DNA from: Bacteroidia bacterium | GTDB lineage: Bacteria; Bacteroidota; Bacteroidia; Flavobacteriales; Schleiferiaceae | NCBI GenBank assembly: GCA_030427285.1 | Contig: JAUHWX010000001.1 | Location: 1-57,394 of the forward strand | Direction: 5' to 3' | Length of the DNA stretch: 57,394 nucleotides | Part shown: one piece after another, positions 49,853 to 57,394 of the stretch | How positions within the stretch are numbered: position 1 is the stretch's first letter | Layout: the number at the start of each line of letters is the position of its first letter | Made by a program: the position numbers and the translations under genes | The notes under the pieces: generated by a model | Told to the model about the DNA's origin: nothing | What the model saw: only the letters and a program-made list of their open reading frames with translations | Database searches by the model: none

Positions 49853-49873
49853 CAAATATAATAGTAATACTTT
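49853..49873 (-). promoter_or_regulatory. Promoter and candidate TetR operator
   Basis: TATATTTG on the minus strand (49853-49860) abutting the near-palindrome ATAGTA-A-TACTTT (49861-49873). Confidence 0.6.
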
Positions 49874-50003
49874 CAATTATGCAAGTGAAATTATTTTGGA
49901 TGATAGATTTAATTCTAATCAGAGGGTGTGACAGGGATTACAAGGCTTTGGTTTTTGTGCTATTTTGGCCTTTCAATTTTTAGAAACAATAAAAAATAAC
50001 AGA

Positions 50004-50594
50004 ATGAAAAGTTGGAAAAACTTGCAGATATTGGGTTTAGCACTGGTTATAGCCATAATGTCCGGATGCGCAAAAGATGAGAAAGATGATAACGATGATG
50101 ATCCTACACAGGATGAAGCAACGATCACGAAGAAATATTACATAAAATCAAAGATCGATGCCGAGTGGAAACTGAATCAGACTGGGGCTAAAGTCTGGTG
50201 CCAAATAGGAAATGGCCTTTGCTACTCAAATATTAATGGAGGCTTTTTTGATGAGGTAAGTATTTTTATACATAAAGAAAACCATCACTTTACAGAAGGT
50301 AACATCCCATCGATAATAGGAGATACTATTTCATTTGATCAAGATGATGATTACTACGCTTATTTTAGTTGGGGCGAGAATCGAAAGATATGGTCTTCAC
50401 TAAATACTAGTGCTTCACAAAAGGATAGCTACCTCTACATTGAAAACGTTGAAGAAGATGGAAGCCACGCAGGGTATAAGTGCTTTAAATTAACGGGAAC
50501 CTTTAAGTGTATGGTGGGTAATCTGGATCAAACCATTACAAAACCGTTAACAGAAGGTATTTTCAGCATTAGAGTCTCGGAAGAAGATATTTAA
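50004..50594 (+). CDS. Hypothetical surface lipoprotein
   Basis: Lipobox MSGC followed by an acidic export-signal-like stretch AKDEKDDNDDD; ends GTF.C..LTEGIF. Confidence 0.75.
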   Translation: MKSWKNLQILGLALVIAIMSGCAKDEKDDNDDDPTQDEATITKKYYIKSKIDAEWKLNQTGAKVWCQIGNGLCYSNINGGFFDEVSIFIHKENHHFTEGNIPSIIGDTISFDQDDDYYAYFSWGENRKIWSSLNTSASQKDSYLYIENVEEDGSHAGYKCFKLTGTFKCMVGNLDQTITKPLTEGIFSIRVSEEDI

Positions 50595-50614
50595 ACTTCG
50601 TACTCCCAGAAATC

Positions 50615-50638
50615 AAAGGTCCGCAGGGACCTTTTTTT
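50615..50638 (+). terminator. Rho-independent terminator
   Basis: AAAGGTCC-GCAG-GGACCTTT followed by T run. Confidence 0.85.
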
Positions 50639-50737
50639 GTTTGATAGCATGTAGTTTATTATTGATCAGTCAAGATATTGCTCTTGTCTAAGTGTTCCAT
50701 ACTTTTGCCAATTCGAAAAAAAAAGAAATCGAGACGA

Positions 50738-52774
50738 ATGTCAGATCCCAAAAGATATACAGTTACCGCAGCTTTGCCTTACGCTAATGGCCCTGTGCAT
50801 ATTGGCCACTTGGCGGGTTGCTACCTTCCGGCCGATATTTATGTGCGCTATCTGCGCCAAAATGATAAGGATGTGAAATTTATTTGTGGAAGCGATGAGC
50901 ATGGTGTGGCCATTATTATGAAGGCCAAGGCTGAGGGCGTTACTCCACAAGAAATTGTAGATAAGTACAATGGCATAATGCAGTCCGCTTTCGCGGAATT
51001 TGGGATTAGCTTCGACATTTACTCTCGTACTTCAAAGAAAATTCACCACGATACGGCTTCTGATTTCTTTTTAAAACTATATGAAAAAGGCTGTTTTGAA
51101 GAAAAAGAAACCGAACAATATTATGATCCTGAGGCAGAGCAGTTTTTGGCTGACCGATACATTGAGGGTACTTGCCCCAACTGCGGTTTCGAAAATGCCT
51201 ATGGCGATCAATGTGAAAGTTGTGGAACTTCTTTAAACCCAACAGAACTTAAGAATCCCAGGTCGAAATTGAGCGGAGCTAAGCCGGTTTTGAAAAAGAC
51301 CAAGCATTGGTTTTTGCCTTTGGATCACCTTAGCGGAAAAATCAAAAATTACATTCAGCAGCATAAAGACTGGAAGCCCAACGTGTATGGCCAATGTATG
51401 AGTTGGCTAGAGGATGGAGCCGGTCTCCAGGCACGCTCTATGACGCGTGATTTGGATTGGGGAATTAAAGTGCCCCTGAAAGATGCGGAAGGAAAAGTAC
51501 TTTACGTATGGTTTGATGCCCCAATTGGTTACATATCAGCTACCAAAGAATTACTGGGCGATGATTGGGAAAAATATTGGATGGATGAAGATACTTCACT
51601 GATCCACTTTATTGGCAAGGATAATATTGTATTTCATGCCATCATTTTTCCGGCCATGCTTATGGAGCATGGTGATTTTATATTGCCCGATCAGGTTCCG
51701 GCCAATGAGTTTTTAAACCTCGAGGGACAGAAGATTTCTACCAGCCGCAACTGGGCAGTGTGGTTGCACGAATACCTGCGAGATTTTGAAGGAAAGCAGG
51801 ATGCTTTGCGCTATGCGCTTTGTGCGGCAGCACCAGAAACTAAGGATAATGATTTTACCTGGAAGGATTTCCAGACCCGCAATAATAGTGAGTTGGTAGG
51901 CATTTTTGGAAATTTTGTAAACCGCGTGCTTGTGCTTATGCAGAAGTATTACGATGGTAAAGTTCCAACGGCTCACAATTTAACAGAAGTGGACAAAGAA
52001 GTGCTAAAAGCGGTGCAGGAAGCTCCGGCAAAAATTGGCGGTTCTTTGGATAAATATAAGTTTAGAGAAGCCTTGGCCTCTTATATTTCATTGGCAAGAA
52101 CCGGAAATAAATATTTGGCCGATGAGGAACCTTGGAAGAAGGTGAAAACTGATGCCGAGCGCACGGAGACTATTATGTATGTGGCTGTTCAGGTATGTGC
52201 TCAGTTGGCTCAACTAGGTGAGCCTTTCATGCCTTTCAGTTCATCCAAGTTGCGCGAGTGGCTACATCTGGATTTGATGAAGTGGGAAGACTGCTCTATT
52301 CAGGAGTTTTTGCCAACTGGCGAAACCGTACTTCGCGGTGAGTTGCTTTTTGAAAAAATAGAAGACGAAGCGGTGGAAGCGCAGCTTGGGAAATTGGAAG
52401 CAGCCAAAGAAAGCAATAAGCCAAAACCTCAGGCACCAGCTTTGAAGGAAGAAATAGCATTTGATGACTTCATGAAAATGGACATCCGCACAGGAACCAT
52501 TTTGGAAGCTGAGAAAGTAAAAAAGGCAGACAAGTTATTGCAACTGTTAGTAGACATTGGTGTAGAAAAACGCACTATAGTTTCAGGAATTGCCGAGCAT
52601 TTTAAACCTGAAGATATTATTGGAAAACAAGTTTCTGTATTGGCCAACCTGGCTCCTCGTAAAATACGAGGTGTAGAAAGCAAAGGAATGATACTGATGG
52701 CAGAAGATGCGGATGGGAAATTGGTGTTTGCGAGTCCATCTGCTGATATAGAAAATGGGAGTATAGTTAGATAA
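50738..52774 (+). CDS. metG: Methionine--tRNA ligase with C-terminal tRNA-binding domain
   Basis: [21 protein letters not shown] knuckle, YVWFDA, KISTS and a Trbp111-like tail; TACTTTTG promoter at 50700-50707. Confidence 0.98.
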   Translation: MSDPKRYTVTAALPYANGPVHIGHLAGCYLPADIYVRYLRQNDKDVKFICGSDEHGVAIIMKAKAEGVTPQEIVDKYNGIMQSAFAEFGISFDIYSRTSKKIHHDTASDFFLKLYEKGCFEEKETEQYYDPEAEQFLADRYIEGTCPNCGFENAYGDQCESCGTSLNPTELKNPRSKLSGAKPVLKKTKHWFLPLDHLSGKIKNYIQQHKDWKPNVYGQCMSWLEDGAGLQARSMTRDLDWGIKVPLKDAEGKVLYVWFDAPIGYISATKELLGDDWEKYWMDEDTSLIHFIGKDNIVFHAIIFPAMLMEHGDFILPDQVPANEFLNLEGQKISTSRNWAVWLHEYLRDFEGKQDALRYALCAAAPETKDNDFTWKDFQTRNNSELVGIFGNFVNRVLVLMQKYYDGKVPTAHNLTEVDKEVLKAVQEAPAKIGGSLDKYKFREALASYISLARTGNKYLADEEPWKKVKTDAERTETIMYVAVQVCAQLAQLGEPFMPFSSSKLREWLHLDLMKWEDCSIQEFLPTGETVLRGELLFEKIEDEAVEAQLGKLEAAKESNKPKPQAPALKEEIAFDDFMKMDIRTGTILEAEKVKKADKLLQLLVDIGVEKRTIVSGIAEHFKPEDIIGKQVSVLANLAPRKIRGVESKGMILMAEDADGKLVFASPSADIENGSIVR

Positions 52775-52802
52775 AAAAAAGAGGCGCTAAGCCTCTTTTT
52801 TT
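52774..52802. terminator. Bidirectional terminator shared by metG and the tRNA-Arg pair
   Basis: A run, then GAGGC-GCTAA-GCCTC, then T run. Confidence 0.85.
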
Positions 52803-52803
52803 G

Positions 52804-52875
52804 TAGCCCCGGCAGGAATCGAACCTGCATCCTAGGTACCGGAAACCCATATACTATCCATTGTACTACGGAGCC
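52804..52875 (-). tRNA. tRNA-Arg (anticodon CCG)
   Basis: Acceptor GGCTCCG/CGGGGCT; anticodon arm TGGGT-TTCCGGT-ACCTA; T arm GCAGG-TTCGATT-CCTGC. Confidence 0.95.
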
Positions 52876-52967
52876 AAAAATGGTTAATTCGTTGACTTGT
52901 AAAAATGTCAAACAATTTCAAGCCAAAACTAATTAACAAATCACACAATTAACCTGTACCCAAAAAG

Positions 52968-53039
52968 TAGCCCCGGGCAGGATCGAACTGCCATCTAAAG
53001 TTTAGGAAACTTCTATTCTATCCATTGAACTACGGGGCC
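52968..53039 (-). tRNA. tRNA-Arg (anticodon CCT)
   Basis: Acceptor GGCCCCG/CGGGGCT; anticodon arm GAAGT-TTCCTAA-ACTTT; T arm GGCAG-TTCGATC-CTGCC; TAAATTTG promoter at 53069-53076. Confidence 0.95.
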
Positions 53040-53215
53040 AAAGTAGGAATGAATTCTCTAAAGGGCTGCAAATTTAAAAAAGTATTTGGCCCAAATAGAT
53101 AAAGAAGAGGTCTTGTAAAGTAAAGGTGCGAATACGCTTAATTAAGGCAATCTGAAAATCAGTCCGTGATACCACTTTAGGATTTCTTATTTTTAGCCCT
53201 TATATCCTTATTATC

Positions 53216-54625
53216 ATGAAAACAACACTACTCTTAGTATTCGCATTTATTTTTGGCTTGAGCCAAACTAACGCCCAAACATATTTGCTGTCAACTCAGG
53301 ATTTGGGTGTTACTCCGGCTTCCAACTTTAAGCCTTTACTACCTTCAGCAAGGTATAATGTAAAAACCTATAAAATAACCTACAATACTATTGATGTGGA
53401 TGGCACACCAACTATTGCAAGTGGGGCAGTAATGATACCGGAGGTGAATGTATGTGACACATTTTCAATAATAGCTTATGGCCACGGAACTGTACTTGAA
53501 CGTGATGATGTTCCTTCCAGAGATAATCAAGAAGCAACAATAGCTAAAATTGCAGCCTCTGTGGGTGCTGTTGCCGTAGCTCCTGATTATTTGGGCTTGG
53601 GTGACAATCCAGGTTTACATCCATACTTACATGCAGAGACTGAAGCCACGGCTACCATAGATGCCATACGTGCCGCCCGTGAACTGATGGACAGCCTAAA
53701 CTTAGGTGATAATGGCGAAGTATTTATTACGGGATATTCTCAAGGAGGCCATGCGGCAATGGCTACAGCCAAATATATTCAGGATAACAACTTGTTTTCG
53801 GAGTTCAACGTAATAGGGGCAGGCCCAGCGTCTGGGCCTTATAATTTGAGTGGTGGTCAGGCAGCTGTTTTGGTTTCCGACCAACCTTATAGCAACCCTG
53901 GCTATGTGTGTTACTTGCTTTTTAGTTTTCAGCGGGTATATGGTAATTTGTATAATTCGGTGGATGAAATCTTAAAGTCACCTTATGATACGCTCATTCC
54001 TCCCTATTTTGATGGTACATATAATATGGCAGTGGTAAACGGCTTGCTGCCAGATACCCTTTCAGGATTTATGCAAGATTCCGTACTCACCAATTTTAAA
54101 AATGACTCTATTGGAAAAACACACCCATTGTGGCAGGCCCTTTTGGCTAATGATAATTACGATTGGAAACCAGACTTTCCGGTAGAAATGTACTACTGCA
54201 CACAAGATGAGCAGGTAGATTTTCGAAATGCCTTGATAGCTGAAGATAGCATGAATGCCAATGGGGCCTCATCCGTGATAGCTATCAATAAAGGTGCTTA
54301 TTCACATGGGGTTTGCGTGGTGCCTTCTCTACAAGGGGCGGTAGCCTTTTTTCTTTCTAAAAGAACTGGGTGTAGTATTGGCATAGAAGAGCTGGAATTT
54401 GAAAACCTGGAGATTTATCCAAATCCTGTGAATAACACATTCACGGTAAGTGGGAGCGAAACCTCGATGGAACTAGAGCTTATAAATGCGGCTGGAGTAT
54501 TGGTGAAAAAAGGAATGGTAAAACCAAATGGACAAGTTGATATTGCAAACTTGCCCACTGGTATCTATTTCTTAAAACTGCAGATTGGTAATCACTTTAT
54601 TACGAAACAGCTCGTAAAGCAATAA
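53216..54625 (+). CDS. Secreted alpha/beta-hydrolase (LIP-like lipase/esterase) with T9SS type A C-terminal domain
   Basis: Signal peptide; AYGHGT, APDYLGLG, GYSQGG, DEQV and SHG motifs; IYPNPV..LPTGIYFL..TKQLVKQ tail. Confidence 0.9.
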   Translation: MKTTLLLVFAFIFGLSQTNAQTYLLSTQDLGVTPASNFKPLLPSARYNVKTYKITYNTIDVDGTPTIASGAVMIPEVNVCDTFSIIAYGHGTVLERDDVPSRDNQEATIAKIAASVGAVAVAPDYLGLGDNPGLHPYLHAETEATATIDAIRAARELMDSLNLGDNGEVFITGYSQGGHAAMATAKYIQDNNLFSEFNVIGAGPASGPYNLSGGQAAVLVSDQPYSNPGYVCYLLFSFQRVYGNLYNSVDEILKSPYDTLIPPYFDGTYNMAVVNGLLPDTLSGFMQDSVLTNFKNDSIGKTHPLWQALLANDNYDWKPDFPVEMYYCTQDEQVDFRNALIAEDSMNANGASSVIAINKGAYSHGVCVVPSLQGAVAFFLSKRTGCSIGIEELEFENLEIYPNPVNNTFTVSGSETSMELELINAAGVLVKKGMVKPNGQVDIANLPTGIYFLKLQIGNHFITKQLVKQ

Positions 54626-54720
54626 TAGATTAAGCTTCTAGCTTTATAAGCCTTAGTTCAAATTTATCACAAATTAGATTTTCACATTAATTTAAGTCCG
54701 AAACGGACTTGCGATAGCCG

Positions 54721-55125
54721 TTAATTAGATATGGATTGGGTGGAAAGTTTTTGTCGAATCCACCAAGCGAATGCCGGAAAGGCTAATTCCACTGCGGTAA
54801 CAATAGGTTGACTAGGGTCTTCAAAACCATAAAGAATGATGCCGAGAAGTCGGGACACTCCAGCACAAAGAAATACAATTATGAAGACAGTAAGTGCAAT
54901 TTGGTAGCGTTCAGACTTTAAGGAACTCCAAAAAAAGAAAAGTGACAGCCCAAGTTCTAGCCCTCCATAAAAAGCCATTACCTCTACCAGAGCGTTAGGG
55001 CTTGTTTCCGTAAAGCCTATGATTTCCCCTAGGGTTTGAGGTCTTACTAAAAAAGTGAGGGCATAAATAAACAGTACAATTCCGATAAAGATGAGTAGGC
55101 GTTTAGTGAGTTTGTATGGGTTCAT
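54721..55125 (-). CDS. DUF4345-like small membrane protein
   Basis: Four TM segments; E..AFYGG.ELG and SRLLG motifs. Confidence 0.75.
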   Translation of the reverse strand: MNPYKLTKRLLIFIGIVLFIYALTFLVRPQTLGEIIGFTETSPNALVEVMAFYGGLELGLSLFFFWSSLKSERYQIALTVFIIVFLCAGVSRLLGIILYGFEDPSQPIVTAVELAFPAFAWWIRQKLSTQSISN

Positions 55126-55148
55126 GTCCTTATAAGTTCAAATTAAGA

Positions 55149-57104
55149 TTACACTATTTTAGTTTTCAATACTTGAGCTTTATCCAGTTTTGCCGCCCAT
55201 TTTTCCCAATCCGCCATTGCTTTTTCAAGCTTTGCCTTTTTGGCTTCATACTTTTCGTAAAAGTCTGGCTGCTTGCTTAGTTTTTGAAATTGCTCCGGAT
55301 CTAGAAGCTTGGCATCAATGGTACCTATTTCGGTTTCGAGCTTTTCTACTTCTTGTTCGAGCTTACGAACTTGGTTTTCGGCTTTTCTAATATCCTTGTC
55401 AAGCTGCTTGCGCTCCTCGTAGTTATTTGCTTTAGGCTCACTTTTGGCAGCAGCCGCAGCTTTCACTTCTTCCTGCTTTTCTACCTGGCGGAAATCGTCA
55501 AACTTGCGGGCTTCCAAATATTCATTGATGGTACCAAGGAATTCTTTCACCTCACCATTTCTAAACTCATAGATTTTGTCCACCAAATCTTGAAGAAAAT
55601 AACGGTCGTGCGAAACCAGAACCAAAGTGCCGTCATAATCCAGAAGCGCATTTTTTAGCATCTCCTTACTCTTCATGTCCAGGTGGTTGGTAGGCTCATC
55701 CATCACCAAGAGGTTATACGGACGAAGCAAAAGTTTACAAAGTGCCAGTCGGCCTTTTTCACCACCTGAAAGCACCTTTACTTTCTTCTCTACATCTTCA
55801 CCCGTAAAGAGAAATTTTCCCAAAAAGTCACGAGCGCGTTTACGCAAATCTTCTGGGGCTGCATCTTCTATGGTTTGAAGGAGGGTTTTGTTGCCATCCA
55901 AAGTTTTGGCTTGCTCCTGGGCGTAGTAGCCAATCTCCACATTGTGCCCAATTTCCAGCTTGCCCTCGTGTTGTAGCTTTTCGGTTACCACTTTTACCAA
56001 AGTAGATTTGCCTTGACCGTTTTGCCCCACAAAGGCTACTTTTTCCAGTCTATTTACCGCAAGGTTAGCATTCTTAAAAATAACCTTGTCGTCATATTTT
56101 TTGGTGAGATTTTGGGCTTCGATTACTACTTTTCCCGAACGGGGAGCTGGTGCAAATTTGAAACTGATTTTTCTGGAATCATCCACATCAATGTCGATTT
56201 TATCCATTTTGTCCAGCTTTTTTATCAGGTTTTGTGCGAAGGATGCTTTGGACGCTTTATAGCGGAATTTTTCAATAAGCTGCTCCGTGTGCTTTATTTC
56301 TTTCTCCTGATTTTTTTGCTCTTGCAGCTGCAGCTGAATACGCTCTTCACGCAACTCAGTAAACTTGGTGTAGGGAACGGGGTAATCGTATACCGTGCCC
56401 TGAACTATTTCCACCGTTCTGTTGGTGATATTATCCAAAAAAGTACGGTCATGCGATACCATCAAAATAGCCCCTTCGTAGCTTTGAAGAAAGCTTTCGA
56501 GCCACACAATAGAGTTTATATCAAGGTGGTTTGTAGGCTCATCCAGCAGCATCACATCATTGTTTGCCAAAAGCAATTTTGCCAACTCAATGCGCATACG
56601 CCAGCCTCCGCTAAACTCGGTAGTTTGCCGCTCAAAATCTTCAGTAGTAAAACCAAGTCCTGTTAAGATTTTTTCCAAATCCGCATGATAGGTATAACCG
56701 CCTACCAGGCTGAAGCGCTCGGTAAGATGATTTAGCTCCTCAATAAGATCCAGATAGCTTTGGCTCTCATAGTCTTCGCGGGTGGCCAGTAGATGATTGA
56801 TTTCATCCAGACGAGTCTCAATATTTTTAATTTCGCTAAAGGCGGATTCGGCCTCTTCCCACACCGTACGTCCATCATAAAGAGGTAATTCCTGCGGAAG
56901 ATATCCAAGTTTAAAATCCTTGGGTCGACTAATGTTTCCGGCATCTGTAGAGATTTCACCAAATATCACTTTGAGAAGGGTAGATTTGCCTGCACCGTTG
57001 CTACCAACGAGGCCAATCTTCTCCGAAGGATTGATTAAGAATGAAATGTTTCTAAATAAGTGCCTATCATTATATTGAAGGCTGATGTTATTGATTCCTA
57101 GCAT
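55149..57104 (-). CDS. ABC-F family ATPase (ribosome-associated)
   Basis: Two intact NBDs (GSNGAGKST/FSGGW/LDEPTNHLD and GQNGQGKST/LSGGE/MDEPTNHLD), no TM helices, C-terminal coiled coil. Confidence 0.95.
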   Translation of the reverse strand: MLGINNISLQYNDRHLFRNISFLINPSEKIGLVGSNGAGKSTLLKVIFGEISTDAGNISRPKDFKLGYLPQELPLYDGRTVWEEAESAFSEIKNIETRLDEINHLLATREDYESQSYLDLIEELNHLTERFSLVGGYTYHADLEKILTGLGFTTEDFERQTTEFSGGWRMRIELAKLLLANNDVMLLDEPTNHLDINSIVWLESFLQSYEGAILMVSHDRTFLDNITNRTVEIVQGTVYDYPVPYTKFTELREERIQLQLQEQKNQEKEIKHTEQLIEKFRYKASKASFAQNLIKKLDKMDKIDIDVDDSRKISFKFAPAPRSGKVVIEAQNLTKKYDDKVIFKNANLAVNRLEKVAFVGQNGQGKSTLVKVVTEKLQHEGKLEIGHNVEIGYYAQEQAKTLDGNKTLLQTIEDAAPEDLRKRARDFLGKFLFTGEDVEKKVKVLSGGEKGRLALCKLLLRPYNLLVMDEPTNHLDMKSKEMLKNALLDYDGTLVLVSHDRYFLQDLVDKIYEFRNGEVKEFLGTINEYLEARKFDDFRQVEKQEEVKAAAAAKSEPKANNYEERKQLDKDIRKAENQVRKLEQEVEKLETEIGTIDAKLLDPEQFQKLSKQPDFYEKYEAKKAKLEKAMADWEKWAAKLDKAQVLKTKIV

Positions 57105-57119
57105 AAGTTTGCAAAGGTA
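57104..57119. promoter_or_regulatory. Interlocked divergent -7 promoter elements
   Basis: TAAGTTTG on the plus strand (57104-57111) directly abuts TACCTTTG on the minus strand (57112-57119). Confidence 0.65.
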
Positions 57120-57131
57120 AAAAGGCTAATC

Positions 57132-57394
57132 ATGAATATACTCCCAAAAGGTTCTAAACTCTACAGTATTTTTAAATACAAGTGTCCAAGGTGCCATCAA
57201 GGTGAAGTCTTTAAGAGTAAAAGTTCATACAATTTGCCTAAGATGTTTGATATGCACGAGCAGTGCAGCAACTGTGAACTGAGGTATGAATTTGAGCCAG
57301 GCTTCTTTTATGGCGCTATGTATGTGAGCTACGGACTTACGGTTGCCCTTGGTGTGGCTACTTATGTATTGATGCAAATGTTTTTTGAGGCATC
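57132..57394 (+). CDS. DUF983 family protein, truncated by the window end (absent from the ORF track)
   Basis: Translates as MNILPKGSKLYSIFKYKCPRCHQG..CSNC..EPGFFYGAMYVSY. Confidence 0.88.
   Translation, partial: MNILPKGSKLYSIFKYKCPRCHQGEVFKSKSSYNLPKMFDMHEQCSNCELRYEFEPGFFYGAMYVSYGLTVALGVATYVLMQMFFEA

Noticed and set aside
52429-52911. 160-aa minus-strand ORF
   Set aside because: It is antisense to metG and runs through tRNA-Arg(CCG); no protein-like motif.
54694-54710. Hairpin AAGTCCG-AAA-CGGACTT between convergent genes
   Set aside because: It is short and lacks a U tract on either strand, so it cannot be called a terminator or ncRNA.
56013-56666. 217-aa plus-strand ORF, and similar long antisense ORFs at 8621-9121, 17703-18200 and 47185-47694
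   Set aside because: They lie wholly antisense to well-supported genes and are explained by codon bias of the sense gene.
1-57394. CRISPR array, integrase/att sites at the three tRNAs, IS elements, prophage, T-box or riboswitch leaders before leuS and metG
   Set aside because: By eye I found no spaced direct repeats, duplicated tRNA 3' ends, recombinase or phage genes, and the leuS and metG leaders are too short. A covariance-model scan was not possible.

Overview
A gene-dense, AT-rich chromosomal segment from a Bacteroidota bacterium, most likely Flavobacteriales. This is inferred from TAnnTTTG promoters, T9SS cargo with type A and type B C-terminal domains, the porG-uppS-bamA-skp-skp-murI cluster and tRNAs without an encoded CCA. 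Most of it is housekeeping: leuS, metG, recJ, maeB, hflX, pgi, pdxJ, nadK, uppS, bamA, murI, trxA, tRNA-Gln(TTG) and two tRNA-Arg genes (CCG, CCT). I see no integrase, transposase, CRISPR array or prophage. The accessory part is about 42.6-50.6 kb. It holds a decayed COG1373-type AAA ATPase/nuclease gene behind two matched palindromic operators. It also holds a TetR-led operon: TetR, a small Cys/His peptide ending HTPPP, a hairpin-rich spacer, an ABC exporter with all ATPase motifs degenerate, HlyD, TolC and a CutA/PII-like protein. That operon is the best candidate for an undescribed system. Other leads are a 78-aa basic protein resembling the H-NS oligomerisation domain, a DUF2723/TMEM260-like candidate protein O-mannosyltransferase, a CRP/FNR-type box at about -42 of a rhodanese-rhodanese-thioredoxin operon, a REP-like palindrome and interlocked divergent promoters. 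All family calls were made by eye from motifs; no database search was run.
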